64,000 bases of DNA from Marsupella aquatica (lineage: Eukaryota; Plantae; Marchantiophyta), in contig OZ316891.1 in the NCBI GenBank assembly GCA_973895155.1, forward strand, positions 29,680,331 through 29,744,330. Direction: 5' to 3'. Shown in pieces: positions 1 to 11,830 of the stretch. Position 1 is the stretch's first letter. Each line of letters opens with the position of its first letter. Under the pieces are notes generated by a model. It ran no database searches, was not told the DNA's origin, and saw nothing but the letters and a program-made list of their open reading frames with translations. A program made the translations under genes and the position numbers.

Positions 1-290
1 CATCCGGCGATGCAGACGATGCAGCTGTGACCGGCCGGGCAACGTGCGGCCACGCGATCAGCTACGGGCGCAAGGTATGCGGCCACAGATGGCGCACGCT
101 GGAGGACGGACAAGGTGATCGGCGCCTTGAGCTGTTCCGGCCAGCGGAGGCTTTCAGCACGCGCCGAGGCCACGCTAGTCAGCGCGGCAAAGCAGGCTAT
201 CAGTGCGGCGCAAAGCCTGACCATGGCTGGCGATCTCTTGGCGACGCGGTGTGGCGCGGCGCTGTGCCGGAGCGGAAGAAATGTATCCAT
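1..290 (-). CDS. Hypothetical secreted bacterial protein, runs off the window start (ATG at 290 or 224)
   Basis: Manual translation: MDTFLP...MVRLCAALIACFAALTSVASARA|ESLRW...CPAGHSCIVCIAG, open to base 1. Signal-peptide-like stretch with AxA cleavage; codirectional with the upstream operon. Not in the ORF track because no stop lies in the window. Confidence 0.55.
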   Translation of the reverse strand, partial: MDTFLPLRHSAAPHRVAKRSPAMVRLCAALIACFAALTSVASARAESLRWPEQLKAPITLSVLQRAPSVAAYLAPVADRVAARCPAGHSCIVCIAG

Positions 291-351
291 GGCGGAACGT
301 CAGAGCACAAAGTATGCCAATGCATGTGGTTAAATGAGGCGCGGCAGCGCT

Positions 352-597
352 TCACCGCCCGCCGTCGAGGTGCCGGGCTTCTTCCTCGACCATGATGGGA
401 ATGCCGTCGCGGATTGGGAAGGCGAGCCGCGCTGAGCGGCTGATCAATTCCTGGCGCGCGGCGTCGTACTGGAGCGGGCCCCGCGATACGGGGCACACCA
501 GAAATTCCAGCAACTTGCCATCGGGAACGGCGCGGCGCTTGCCCGCTTCCTTGTCAGTGCTCGCCGGTTCGGCCATGACGGGCGCCCCGACGTTCAT
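352..597 (-). CDS. Trm112-like / UPF0434 (YcaR-family) protein
   Basis: [14 protein letters not shown]...ELIS...[12 protein letters not shown] motif typical of the family; start overlaps the stop of the upstream gene (ATGA, 594-597). Confidence 0.9.
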   Translation of the reverse strand: MNVGAPVMAEPASTDKEAGKRRAVPDGKLLEFLVCPVSRGPLQYDAARQELISRSARLAFPIRDGIPIMVEEEARHLDGGR

Positions 598-1304
598 TGC
601 AGTGTCGAGCCGGACGTGCCGCCACCGGCCGCGAGTTCCATCTCGGCGAGGGCGATGAGCATGTCGGAGCGTGCCTTGAGCGTGGCGGCTTCCAGAAGGG
701 CTTGTTTCTCCTCGGGGCCGTAGGGGCTCATGACCGAGAGCGAATTCACCAGCGGTTCGCTGGCCGAGCGGCTGATCGAGGCCCAGTCGGCGCGCAACTG
801 GCGTGCTTCGAGGAAGCGCTTCAGCGTGGCGAGCAATTCCTCGCGCGGCACGTCCTGTTCGCCGATGCCGGCGACGAGATCGGCGGCGAAGCGCTCGAGC
901 GAAACATGGAAGCGGCGATACGGTTTTGCGTCAGACACTTCCTCGGCGAGTTCGCAGCGCGAGACGCCGCTGAGCGAGACGATGAGGCGGCCGTCGTCCA
1001 GTTCCTGAAACGCCGTGACGCGCCCGATACAGCCGGTCGTGCGCAAGGTCACCTCGGACCCGGGCGGGCTTTCGCGTTGCTCGTCGTCGCCTTCGTCGTC
1101 GTCCTTGGGCGGCAGGCGCTGGGGCTGGACGATGGTGATCAGCCGGTGGCCGGCGATGGCGTCGTTCAACATCTCGAGATAACGCGGCTCGAAGATGTTG
1201 AGCGGCAGCGACGCGCGCGGCAACAGGATGCAGCCGCGCAACGGGAAAACGGGCAGCACGGTCGGTATGTCGCGGACCGTCTTGTACCGCTCGGTGATCT
1301 TCAT
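594..1304 (-). CDS. Lon peptidase substrate-binding (LON N-terminal) domain protein
   Basis: [29 protein letters not shown]; GCIGRVTAF; EEKQALLEA. Usual alphaproteobacterial order thioredoxin-LonN-Trm112. Confidence 0.9.
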   Translation of the reverse strand: MKITERYKTVRDIPTVLPVFPLRGCILLPRASLPLNIFEPRYLEMLNDAIAGHRLITIVQPQRLPPKDDDEGDDEQRESPPGSEVTLRTTGCIGRVTAFQELDDGRLIVSLSGVSRCELAEEVSDAKPYRRFHVSLERFAADLVAGIGEQDVPREELLATLKRFLEARQLRADWASISRSASEPLVNSLSVMSPYGPEEKQALLEAATLKARSDMLIALAEMELAAGGGTSGSTLQ

Positions 1305-1367
1305 CGCGGCTCTCCGCCAGGGGGAAGGCGAAACGACTTCATACGGAACGACTTGGTTCAGCGTCGC

Positions 1368-2100
1368 TCAGGAGAATAGCACGCCGGACAAGCGGCGCCG
1401 CCCGTCCAACGTCGCGGCATCTTTCGGTCCCCACGCCTCGAAGAACTTGACGAGTTGCTTGCGCGCGGCTTCCTCGTTCCACTTGCGGTCGAGCTTGATC
1501 GAGTCGAGTAGTTGCGTCGCCGCGTCCTCCTTGCGTCCGTGGGCGGCGAGGGCGACAGCGAGATCGATGCGGGCCTGATGGTTCTTGGCGTCGGCGGCGA
1601 CAGCGGCTTCCAGCGGCCCGAGATCGCCTGCGTCGGCTGCCTGCTTGGCCAGATCGATGGCGGCCTGGACGGAGGAGACGACGGCGAGGCTGCGCTTGTC
1701 GGGCGGCACGAGGGCCAGCGTCTGCTCGGCGCGTTCCAGATCCTTGCTGGTCAGATAGCACTTGGCGAGGCCGGCGAGAGCGTTCGGGTTCTGAGCGTCG
1801 GCCTGCAGCACGCCGGCATAGATTTCTGCCGCGGATTGCAGATCGTTCTGGGCCAGTGCTGCCTCGGCCTCGTCGAGGGCCGCTTGGAGGTCGTTACCGG
1901 GGTCGTCGCCGAGGGCCGTGTCGATGAACTGCTTGACGGCCTGCTCGGGCTGCGGGCCGGCGAAACCGTCGAGCGGGCGGCCGTCGCGGAAGGCGTAGAC
2001 CGTCGGGAGCGCCTGGATGCGGAGTTGGGAGGCGATGGCCGGATGGGCGTCGATGTCCATGCGCACGAGACGCACCTTGCCGGCGTAGGCGCGCACGAGT
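1368..2100 (-). CDS. cnoX: CnoX/YbbN-type thioredoxin-TPR chaperedoxin, 5'-truncated at the junction
   Basis: Second half of a thioredoxin fold (KVRLVRMDID...LRIQALPTVYAFRDGRPLDGFAG) plus TPR region and C-terminal GRRRLSGVLFS. The N-terminus with the CxxC region is missing; the frame is cut at 2100. Confidence 0.8.
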
Positions 2101-2130
2101 ACTGAAATATAAATAAATTATTTATGGCAT
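2090..2130. other. Bacterial-to-plant junction
   Basis: Very GC-rich, gene-dense DNA ends at ...gcgcacgagt (2100) and is followed directly by AT-rich actgaaatataaataaatt. Confidence 0.9.
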
Positions 2131-2666
2131 TTTCGTACAATTTGAACGGTAATAATATCAGGTTTCAGTGCAGGGCATGCATGAACCTGGTCGTCCCTAT
2201 GGCACTCGAGGCGTGTCAAGGTGCAGATCAACATAGGATCACTGGCACTCAAGGTGTGGCAAGGTGCAGGTCAACATAGGATCAGTCTACAAGCTATCCC
2301 AAGACCAATGAGGCCTACCACATGGAAGAGGCCTGGAAGTTGTTTTCTCTGATCACAATCGAGCTTTTTTGGCACTTTGGTCTTCCCTGGGTTTTCTATG
2401 TTTTCTTTCCTTGATAGGGTACTGTCTCCATTTGGACCAATTTTGGCAGTGTGCTATATAATAGGTTTGGTTTCCAAATCCAGGTTTGACCAGGTCACCA
2501 GCTACTGTAGGTCTGGGCACTTGCCTGGGTTCATGACTTCAGTTAAATATCTAAATGAACAATTCGGCTAGTCCTACAGTTTGTGGACCACAAACTAAAA
2601 GTTGTAGAGTGCTCCAGGGAATCAAATTTCCCACGTACCCACTAAGACACACGAAGATTCATATAT

Positions 2667-2688
2667 GGGGGGGGGGGGGGGGGGGGGG
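2667..2688. repeat. Poly-G tract
   Basis: About 22 consecutive G. Confidence 0.9.
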
Positions 2689-4949
2689 AGATGGTATGGG
2701 GACACATGCCTACACGTACAGCTCTGTTGCTTCATTATTTTCTTAGATGATGTACAGTTCACTTGTCCCATTTTTTACTTAGGTGATGACCTTCATTTTC
2801 GGCTCCCCTTAGCAAGGCTTTGCATGCCCATCCTTACACTTATAGTGTAATTTTATAAAAAAAAAATCTCATTGTCCACAAAATTGATTCAGCAGCTCAT
2901 AAAAAGCTCTCATATTTTTTACTACTGTAGTGTAACCTTGGTGAGGGATCCACAAGCTACAAAGCCCGACAACATTGGTCTGACCAAGAGACACAAGAGA
3001 ACACAAGAGATGTGCGACAAATCATACAGACCTTTCAATTGCTCTGGTCCTGGCCAGCTCTACATTAATTTTCCTCCCATGGGATTCTCTTCTGAGATGG
3101 GAGTCTGGAACAATTGTAAACAATTGGATATAATTAGTTTAGAGGAGCTCAACTATGTGTGAATGGATAATACAGCCCATGATGGAACAAACCCTAAACA
3201 ATTTGAACAACAGCAGAAGTGTTACAGGATGACTGTCCAGTTGTCCCTCTCTCTGTCTCATCCCTACCCCTTCCCAAAGTATACAATAACCAGGATCTGA
3301 GCTGGAGTTACTAGCTTGTAACACTACAACCAGAAAGTGAATAAAAGCGTCTTTGAGCATTGTGGGAGTAGGGTTCAGGCTAGAACCTCTACCCCAGACC
3401 TCCTTCACAGGATGTAGCAGTCCTCCCAAATACAAGTTACTAGTGTGTAACCATATCTGGAAGTACTTGTGATCCATCAACATTTTCCATACACCAATAC
3501 ATAAGATATGGCATTCTGGCAGGTGCTCTAGCCTTAACCCTCCCATAATGCTTGGAAAAGTTTCCCAGCTGCTTTCTGGTTACTAGCAAGTCACCTCAGC
3601 CTAGAGAGCCTTCATCCTATACTTAATTGTTGTCACGAAGAAATTTTACTGATCACCAGGTTTTGGGCAAGAAAATATGGAAATAGCAAGTATCTCCAGA
3701 AATGGTTACACAATGGTAATCTGTGTTAATGTGGACCCCAACTACATGAGGGAAGCCAACACCAAGAGGAACACAAGTTGCACACCACTATCAAAGCAAG
3801 GACCTCTTTGGGGGTTTCTTTCCCCAGAAGGGCCTCATCAAGTCCTTTGTTGAAGGACTGAGCCTTATTAGGTTTGCAAATGCTAAAATATATATACCAA
3901 ACTGCAGGAAAATATAAGGTGTCCAACTGGGACACACTATCCCACAGGTGAAGGACGCAATCAAGGGGAGACAACCAAAGAGCCTTAAATCCCAGGGACC
4001 ATGCCAAAGATTTACCACAAAAATAGCCAGGAAAAAACAAGCAAAAACCCTACCTATTGCAAACTGAAGAGCCGAGTAGAACTTTGGGGTGAAATAGAGG
4101 GAGGGGAACTACTGGCTTAGGTCAGTTGGCTAGGAGATTAGATTGGAACTGAAAGGTCCCAGGTTCAACTCCCTTCAACACACGGGGGTGTGGAGGGGAT
4201 ATGTGTGTCGATGGATGGGTTTTGTGGGTAGTGGATGGGAGTTCTGATTATATCCTTGCCCCATGGTTGCCCATGTGGCCCTGATTTAATCCTCTCTAGC
4301 TCCTGGGGTGGGGAGAGTCTACCTTATTTTCTTTCAAGGCCACAAAAACCTTACTTCCTTTCAAGACCACAAAAACATAACTAGATGGGAGAGTGGAGAA
4401 AACATTTGACTGGAGTCACCAAACCAACCCCTCAACCCCTCTCTAAAAAGCAATGGTGACTCCACCTGAGCATAAGTTAGGACCCCTTCTACATAATGTA
4501 CTATGGTGACTCCACCTGAGTATAAGGACCCCTTGTACATAATGTACTGGCATAATCCTAAGAATGGATTGAAGACGGGTAGAGCTCAAAAAACCTAAAC
4601 CCTACAAGTACTAAAAGACTCCTTTCGTTAGGATTAAATGGTCCACGGAAAGCATGTCGAGCATAGCAATGGCGGCTTGTTCAATTCTGTGCAAATTGTA
4701 ACAGTGATCATCAGCAAACTCGCGATTTTGTTCTTGTGATGGATTTGGGCTCCTGTGAAGTCCGCTAGCTCGGATCTTTGCGCTTGGATAAAGCTCCGAT
4801 CCACCATGGCCTCGTTTACTAGTACTGTCGCAATTTGTTCGATGAATTTCAACCCCGTGCTTCCTGTTTCTGCAATTTCTTCTAGAGGCAGACGGAAGGT
4901 CAATTGCGTTTGTCGATCCTTTCGAAGGGCTCCAGCGGCTGGTTATGAG

Positions 4950-7900
4950 ATGGCAGTGGTGGCCAGCATTGTTGCATTACCGGCTAGTGGCAGGAAGTTT
5001 GCAGTAATTCACACTCCCAAGGTCAGATTTCTCTCGTTGTCCTCGTCTTCCCGCTCTCTTATTCGGTGCAATGCAGAGTCAGCGCAGAATGATGATGATC
5101 AGCAGCAGCCTGGCAGCCCCAGTATCGGTGCGGAATTGGGAGAGAAGCGAGGCTCGTTGGCAATCGTAGCAGAAGACAGAAAGAAACAAGACTTTCAAAG
5201 ATTAGTGAAAGACCTACAAATTAGAAGGAAGAATTTTTGGCGTGATTTCAAGGAGCAGCATGTCGTGTATAAGCGTGACAGGGACCAGTGGGGTTTGGGA
5301 TTAAGTCCCATCTTTACAGTTCATGAAGATGAAGACGGCAATCGATACCAAGTGGATGTCAACAGGGATGAGGTTCTTCGCAGGAGTGGAATCGATCCAA
5401 ACTTGATTCAGTTTGCGGACGAAGAATGTAAACATTTGGCTGAGGAGAGGATTGAACTTGCCGAAGGTCACGCTAGAGATATTCAACTAGGGTTGGTAAA
5501 CCCATCGCCCTTGAGCATCATTTACGAATACAAGCGGGGGAAAGCGTCTAGTACATCCAGTTTGGGAAATGGCTTGTGGCCGGGGAGTTCTCAAACTATA
5601 CCAGCAGGCGCACCGTGGCAGTTTTTGAGCATTCTAATACCCTTCCTCTCTTTCGCTTTATTGGGAATTGGAGTCAAATGGTTTTTTGCAAGGAGGAGAC
5701 AGGACAAAGACCCGATAATCAGCGAGAAGAATATGCGTTCAATGCAGATGAGGAAGCTGGATGCTCGAATGAAGCAAGCGTCCTCTAAGGGAACCATCGA
5801 CAGTATTCTTCCAACCCAAAAAGAAAACGGAGACAATGCTGTAGCCAATCGAGCAGTAACACCAGGGGAGAAGGGAGTGCAAAATCCAGAGGTTTTTGGA
5901 GAAATCGTAGAGGCTGGTCTGTCTCGTGTAAATGGTGACCATTTCCAAAGGAAGGTTGTTGAGATTCAAGCTATGGCACGAAATGCTAGGCTCCAGGAGC
6001 AGGAAAGTGCAGAAGCTCGTTCAGCTCAAAGCCTCGAAAAACAAAAGTTCCTCGAAACGGAGATGAAGGAGCGGAGGCGTGTTAAGCGGATTGAGAATTT
6101 GGCGAAGGACCTAGATGATAATAGTCGTCCAGGAGCGGAAAATTTAGAGGATCCCAATGCTGTGGAGGTATTTGAGGAGAAGAGGAATATTCCGGCCGAT
6201 GAGACGGGGCAGTTTTCCACATCAGAAAGCGTCAGTGAAGGCAGTGACAATTATTCAAGCACACATCTCGGTTCGGACTCCGTTCTTGAATCCGGGACGC
6301 TTCCTTTACGAATTAAACCGACTTCTCCAAAGTCTCCTGGCATGATGCCTCGTATAATATTATCTGCCGAAGAAGCACGGGCTAGCATCGCCTCGAAGAG
6401 AGCCAGGTCAAACGCATCCTCTTCAGCATCTTCTTCGAAACCGGAGTTTAGAAGGTCAGAGGTTGGTTTTGGTAACAATGATTTCGGGAAAGTGCAGCCT
6501 TCCGCCGTGGAGACTCCTACCTCAACAAACTCAACCGAGCTGGAAACATCCGTGAATGCACCAAGTTTGTCTGCTAAAGAATCTTCCAAAGTGCTGGCCA
6601 GTGGAGCACTTGATACCTCTTCCTACAGCGGAACTCCAGCTGCAGGTATTTCTAATGACTGCCAGCCCGAAGCGAGTAATATGAGTCCCACGGAGAAGAT
6701 TAACAACTCTCTCACTGTTACAAATGAGCCGTCGAGTAACTCCGGAAACTTGAATCTTGATCAACAGGAAAGGACAAAAGATCGAGAAGCGGGAGCAAGA
6801 GGTCAGATGAAATCAAAAGATGAAGATGAAGAGATGGAATGGATGAGAGATGACGTATTACGTGAAATTGTCTTCAAAGTGCAGGCCAATGAGGAGGCAG
6901 GGAGAGAACCTTTTTACAATCTGAATTCCGACCAGGAAACTCTGTTCTTCAAAGGACTAGAGAGAAAATTTGAACGGGAGGGAGACCAAGTCAAGAAATG
7001 GATCAAGGATCGGGTTGAGAACATTGACTACGGATCAAGTAAGCTAAATGACTTGCTAATCAGCAGACAGGATAACCTCGTGATGTCTTTGTCAGAATTA
7101 ATATTAATGAAGGTGTCAGACTTATTTTCTTTGCCACTTTGCAATGAATCGTGGACCCTGCAAGAAGAGATGTCGAGTTGTTTGGAGAGTTGACATGTCG
7201 TGTCTGACAAGCAACAGATACATTGGAGGTGTTTTGTAGTTCGAAATGTTCTTTCATCTATGCTAATGATGCGTACGTGCAGATGGCATCAGTGTTTACG
7301 ATTCTCCAGAATCCTACGAGTTGAAGTGGAAGGAAGGCGTTGATAGGTCTCCAAAATCAGAACTTCTTGACAGATTCAGTCAGGATCGTAACCGGATTAT
7401 AAATGAAAAAAGAGGATTAATCTACACCTCACCTCCTGACTCTGAAGAACTAGCACCAACTGACTCTACCGAAGAGTCACGATTACCGTCATCTCCTGCT
7501 TCTCCTTCTCCGTTGTCCGCCACGGCACCTCCATTGCCAGTTGCTTCTTCTCATACCTCCCCGCCTCTTAGTAAAGATCTTGGGACTACGCATGGACGGT
7601 CTAGAGAAAAGTTATCTGGAGATAGCAAGACAAAGGTTGTTATATCTTCTAGTCCACGAGGAGGAGAAGCCGCTGGGCCATACCCCCCAACCAGCCCAGG
7701 CACACAGAGTGGTGAAGCAGGCAAGGAGAATTGGGATCACACAAAAAGGTGGGCCAAGGACCTAGAGAGAAAGTATGCAAGGGAGAGAGATCCTTCTACC
7801 AGAGCCCTTATGCGGGAGATAGGCCAGGATCTTGAGCGATGGATAACGGAAGATGAGATAGAGGCGGCAAGTAGAATGCTTGATAACGGTATTGAAGGTG

Positions 7901-9080
7901 AAGCGGAGTACGCTAAGATGCACTATGAAAGGACTAAGGACAAAATCAAGCGGCAGCGGGAAGAATTTGGGCGAGACGCGATGATCAACAAATATTCTGA
8001 GTACAAAGAGGAATCTGAAGAAGTCGAACTTTGGTGGCTGAGCCTCCCCTTTGTTGTGGTCTGTGGACGTCGATTAATCTCTTGTTTTAACCTCTCTCAA
8101 TGTATATTTGTTAGGGAGTTTTAAATTGTTCTGTATCTATAGTGCAGAGCGCTGACTGTAAAGCTCCCACACTTATTTGATCCTTATAAGTTTAATTATA
8201 GATATAAGATTGGAAGGTACCTAATACGTGACAGGATTTTGGAGTCCATTGATTCCCACTTTGCTTTGTCATTACTGTCAAGGTAGGATAGGTATCCTTC
8301 CCCTGCATTTGTACATCTTGATGACTACCCTGTCGATCCACTGTGCATTTCATCTAGCAGCTACGTATGTCAATACTGTGGAAGAAGCTTAAGAGGACTT
8401 TCTGCCTGTGGACAGTGTATTGGATTGCGGGCAACAGTGGAAGGGGAGGTCCAAAGTGGACTGTACTCTGTTGATGTGGCTCCTGCACTAGATGGCGTCG
8501 GGGATCTGTCCAATGTACCATATCGTACAGTGGCATTCCAGGATCGAGGAGATGCTCAAAACTTTTGCACACTCATCAATTCTCAGCCAGAGAAGCTCAG
8601 TGCTGATGGTGCAGAGCCAGTCCCATTTGATCCCAAGGTTTATTCTCCTCACTGCTCATACTTAAATTTCTGTCTTGGTTCTATTCATTGACAGCGACAG
8701 GACTAAAAAGGCTAGAGTTTTTAGGGCGTCACTTTGTACTTCTTGCTCTGCGTGTCGAATGACTGTTGTGTGATTGATGTGGCTATGAAAGTGTCAGTAG
8801 ATGTGCAGTCTGCTTTGGGTGCTGAGGCTAACATCTCGAATCTATTCTTGGTTGAATAATTCAGGACCTCTATGAGGATGCAAAGTCGGAAGGATTTAAG
8901 GTTACAGTCATCAAGAAGGGGCAACTGCACCTCTCCGTGGATGAACCATTTGACGAAGTAGAAAGTCGGATTCTTGAGCTGGGCAGTGCAAAATATTTTG
9001 ACGAGCTACTGAGTGACCGAATGATAGATATCGGTTCAGTAGTGGATGATGGCTTGGGCTTTGGACGAGGCCCTCAATAG
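4950..9080 (+). CDS. EMB1703: EMBRYO DEFECTIVE 1703-like chloroplast protein; exons approx. 4950-7038, 7283-8058, 8416-8637, 8865-9080 (start could be 4806)
   Basis: Conserved blocks SPIFTVHEDEDGN, WMRDDVLREIVFKVQANEEAGREPF, ENIDYG|NGISVYDSPE, IGQDLERWITEDE, LWWLSLPFVV|CIGL, VAFQDRGDAQNFC, GFKVTVIKKGQL. GT-AG junctions keep the frame; Ser-rich transit-peptide-like N-terminus. Confidence 0.8.
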
Positions 9081-10837
9081 TGCTAGCATATCTTTTAGGG
9101 ATGTACATTAGTTGAACGACTTTTTTTCTGATCACCCATACCATGAAGGTCCTTTGTCGGATGATGGGACCACACAGGCAAAATACAGAAAATAGACTGG
9201 GAGAATGCATGCGAAGTATGAATGCAGTACTTCGTTGAATCCTTTGCTTCGTATGGTGAGGAGCTGGAATATCATTCTGGGAGGTTTCTACCCCGCAGCC
9301 CTCCTAGCACTGTTTGTATACCTCGAGAGGCTTTGGTAAGGTAAGAGCGCTTGGGATTACAGCAGAGCTGTACATATAGGCACAGATGCACATTTTTAGC
9401 GTCTGGAGGCGAAAGTATATTCTATAAATTGATTATATTAGATAAGAGAAACTTCTTTATAGAGTTGGTGGTTGTTCGGTCTCCAGGTGAAGAAGTTATA
9501 GTAGGTTATCAACCAGGAAAGAAATCTAAGCAGAGTCCTTGAGAGCGCCACACGCCAGGGAAATCAAGATGGTTTATTGAACCCATACCTGCGCTGCGAC
9601 CCAGTTGAGGGTCTAAGATTTATTATTTTCCTCTCAATATTAACAGAGGGCCCTGAAAATTAGTGAGGACGTTACATGACCGTGACCTGGAGTCTGATGG
9701 GAAGGCTTAATATGTCCGGAGCAAACTCGGGCCATATTTCGTTTTGTAGTTGGTAACGTCACTGTCTGTTCCCTACACTATTGTGACATTATTGAATATT
9801 GTCAGCCCTTTCAGACGCGGGTGGCTTACTATAGCTCGTTGTCATGTTAATGTTTCCCGAAGGTTCAGATCGATGCAGATTTCGAATGTTAAACAGCTGG
9901 TTGCAGCTACAAGAAGCGCAGTGCCCGAGTATAAAAGCCGACAAATAGTAGTCAAGAATTGGAAGATCGATAGGAGCTACAAGAAGCACACAGCACTGTA
10001 CCACGCTAGGAAAAATCCTCCAGCAGTCGAGAGTGATATGAAATCCTGATGAAAAGCATCAATCCTGTTTCGTCATTGAGGCCTTCAAGAGAACATTTCT
10101 TCGTCGACGGGCAGCTCGTCCCGACCTACTGGTCACCAAATAGCAATTAACAACCTTGTTTGGACCAGTTATCTAGTAATTGTGGCTATTAAAGGTCTTT
10201 GGCGTCTTATTCACGTATAACCCACTTAAAATGAACTTTGCTTTGGATATTTAAATCACACTTGCCACTATAAAAGCCTCATTCCATGTTTCACTATTCA
10301 CCATAAAAGGTGGACCACTAGCAGTGGACCACTAGCACGTTTTGTGGAGTATTTGTCAAAAAAAGTTTTGTAGTCAGCACCTTTTGTGGAACTCAAAGCC
10401 CATTTCTGAACTTGTACTCCTTAGAATGAGAACTACGGGTTACCCGTAGTCCTTTATAGGGGCAGGTGTGGTTTAACTAGAATGGGACACGTAAATGAAA
10501 CTCAAGCAACCATAGAGGAATTTCTGTCGTTTGGGACTACACAACATATTTTAGATACACCTTGAAAGCTTTGACTCATGCCGAACATATACTATTGTGG
10601 AGATTTAACATATGAACTGATTCCAATCTCCAGCTATTCATATCCATTCACCTACTACATCCCCCATATATCGGCCCATAAACAGTCCTCATTCTTATTC
10701 CTACTTATTATACACCATTCTACGACTTGAAGTCCTGAAGCCAAGTTCGCTCCGATTTTCTGTCAATAAACACAGTGCACGAAGTAGTGACTATGCTCAG
10801 TACTATTTGATCACTCAGGTTGACTTGACGGATCTTG

Positions 10838-11000
10838 GTAACTGCACATCAAAATATGACATATACAGTGTACTACATCCCTCCATACCATGATCAACCT
10901 CGTTATTTTCTTTAAATCAATGAGTGCACACCACATACTATCACATTTTGTTGTTTTCTTTAAATCAATGAGTGCACACCATATATTACCACATTTTGAC
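10838..11000. repeat. Dispersed repeat with an internal tandem unit; related copy at about 47960-48135
   Basis: Shared motifs ggtaactgcacatcaaaa, ctccataccatgat and tcaatgagtgcacaccatatatt at both loci. Confidence 0.6.
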
Positions 11001-11071
11001 GTGTGAGTACCATCAGGGTGACTTGACTGCATTTCAAAATGGGCAGATTTTTTTTAATCTTAGACTATGTT

Positions 11072-11248
11072 TGTCGTGACATATAGTATCGTAGCCATAT
11101 AGTGTATCGAAAACATACAAGTCACCAGCAATGCATATGTGCAAGCTGCTAGCAACCAACATGCATAGAAAAAGTTCAATCACATTCACAAGTGCCAAAA
11201 AAAGCAAGTGAGGTGGTATGTACGTAGTGGAGGTATAAACCTCTGTAT
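11072..11248. repeat. Element 1 repeat A, copy 1 (177 bp, terminal)
   Basis: Near-identical to 11613-11790; two differences seen. Confidence 0.95.
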
Positions 11249-11610
11249 ATAAAAGGCGTGATAGAAACAAACGTACTGAAATCGAATCGAAAACCGGCGA
11301 GATGCCAAGATCGGCCGGGAGCATCTAACGAATCACTGTGTGAATTCCGTGTACGGAACCGACGAGCAGCCTCTGAAAAACTCTGTCTCACAACGATTCA
11401 AGAAGAACTGAAGAACGGCAAAGAAAAACATGCCCTAAGTAGGACCGGGTCCAGGCGTCACACTAACAAACCCCTTTTGCTTCAAGAACAGCCCAGACTC
11501 GCTACAAGAACATGACACTAACTCAAGTAGTACATTAGCCCTAACCATACCTAGCGGGCATGCGAGGGACATGCCGATGTGCACAAGCGGCACTGTCCCT
11601 CGGCATGACA
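11249..11610. repeat. Element 1 repeat B, copy 1 (362 bp)
   Basis: Near-identical to 20468-20829; ORF-track peptides 11258..11515 and 20477..20734 differ at one residue. Confidence 0.95.
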
Positions 11611-11612
11611 GC

Positions 11613-11790
11613 TGTCATGACATATAGTATCGTAGCCATATAGTGTATCGAAAACATACAAGTCACCAGCAATGCATATGTGCAAGCTGCTAGCAACCAA
11701 CATGCATAGAAAAAGTTCAATCACATTCACAAGTGCCAAGAAAAAGCAAGTGAGGTGGTATGTACGTAGTGGAGGTATAAACCTCTGTAT
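11613..11790. repeat. Element 1 repeat A, copy 2 (178 bp)
   Basis: Begins TGTCATGACA, two bases (gc) after the end of B copy 1; ends at ...acctctgtat next to the C8 tract. Confidence 0.95.
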
Positions 11791-11798
11791 CCCCCCCC
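11791..11798 (-). promoter_or_regulatory. Polypurine tract (G8 on the sense strand) of element 1
   Basis: Sense ...ctGGGGGGGG|atacagagg: about 30 bp after the pol stop (11831) and immediately before repeat A. Confidence 0.7.
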
Positions 11799-11830
11799 AG
11801 ACCACAGTCAAAAGGAGGGCTGAAGAAAAG

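Noticed and set aside
597-2105. Long + strand ORFs (597-1379, 1512-2105)
   Set aside because: Antisense shadows of real high-GC genes on the minus strand.
11258-11515. Duplicated 85-aa ORF (also 20477-20734)
   Set aside because: Lies antisense within repeat B; its duplication is explained by the repeat and it has no protein motif.
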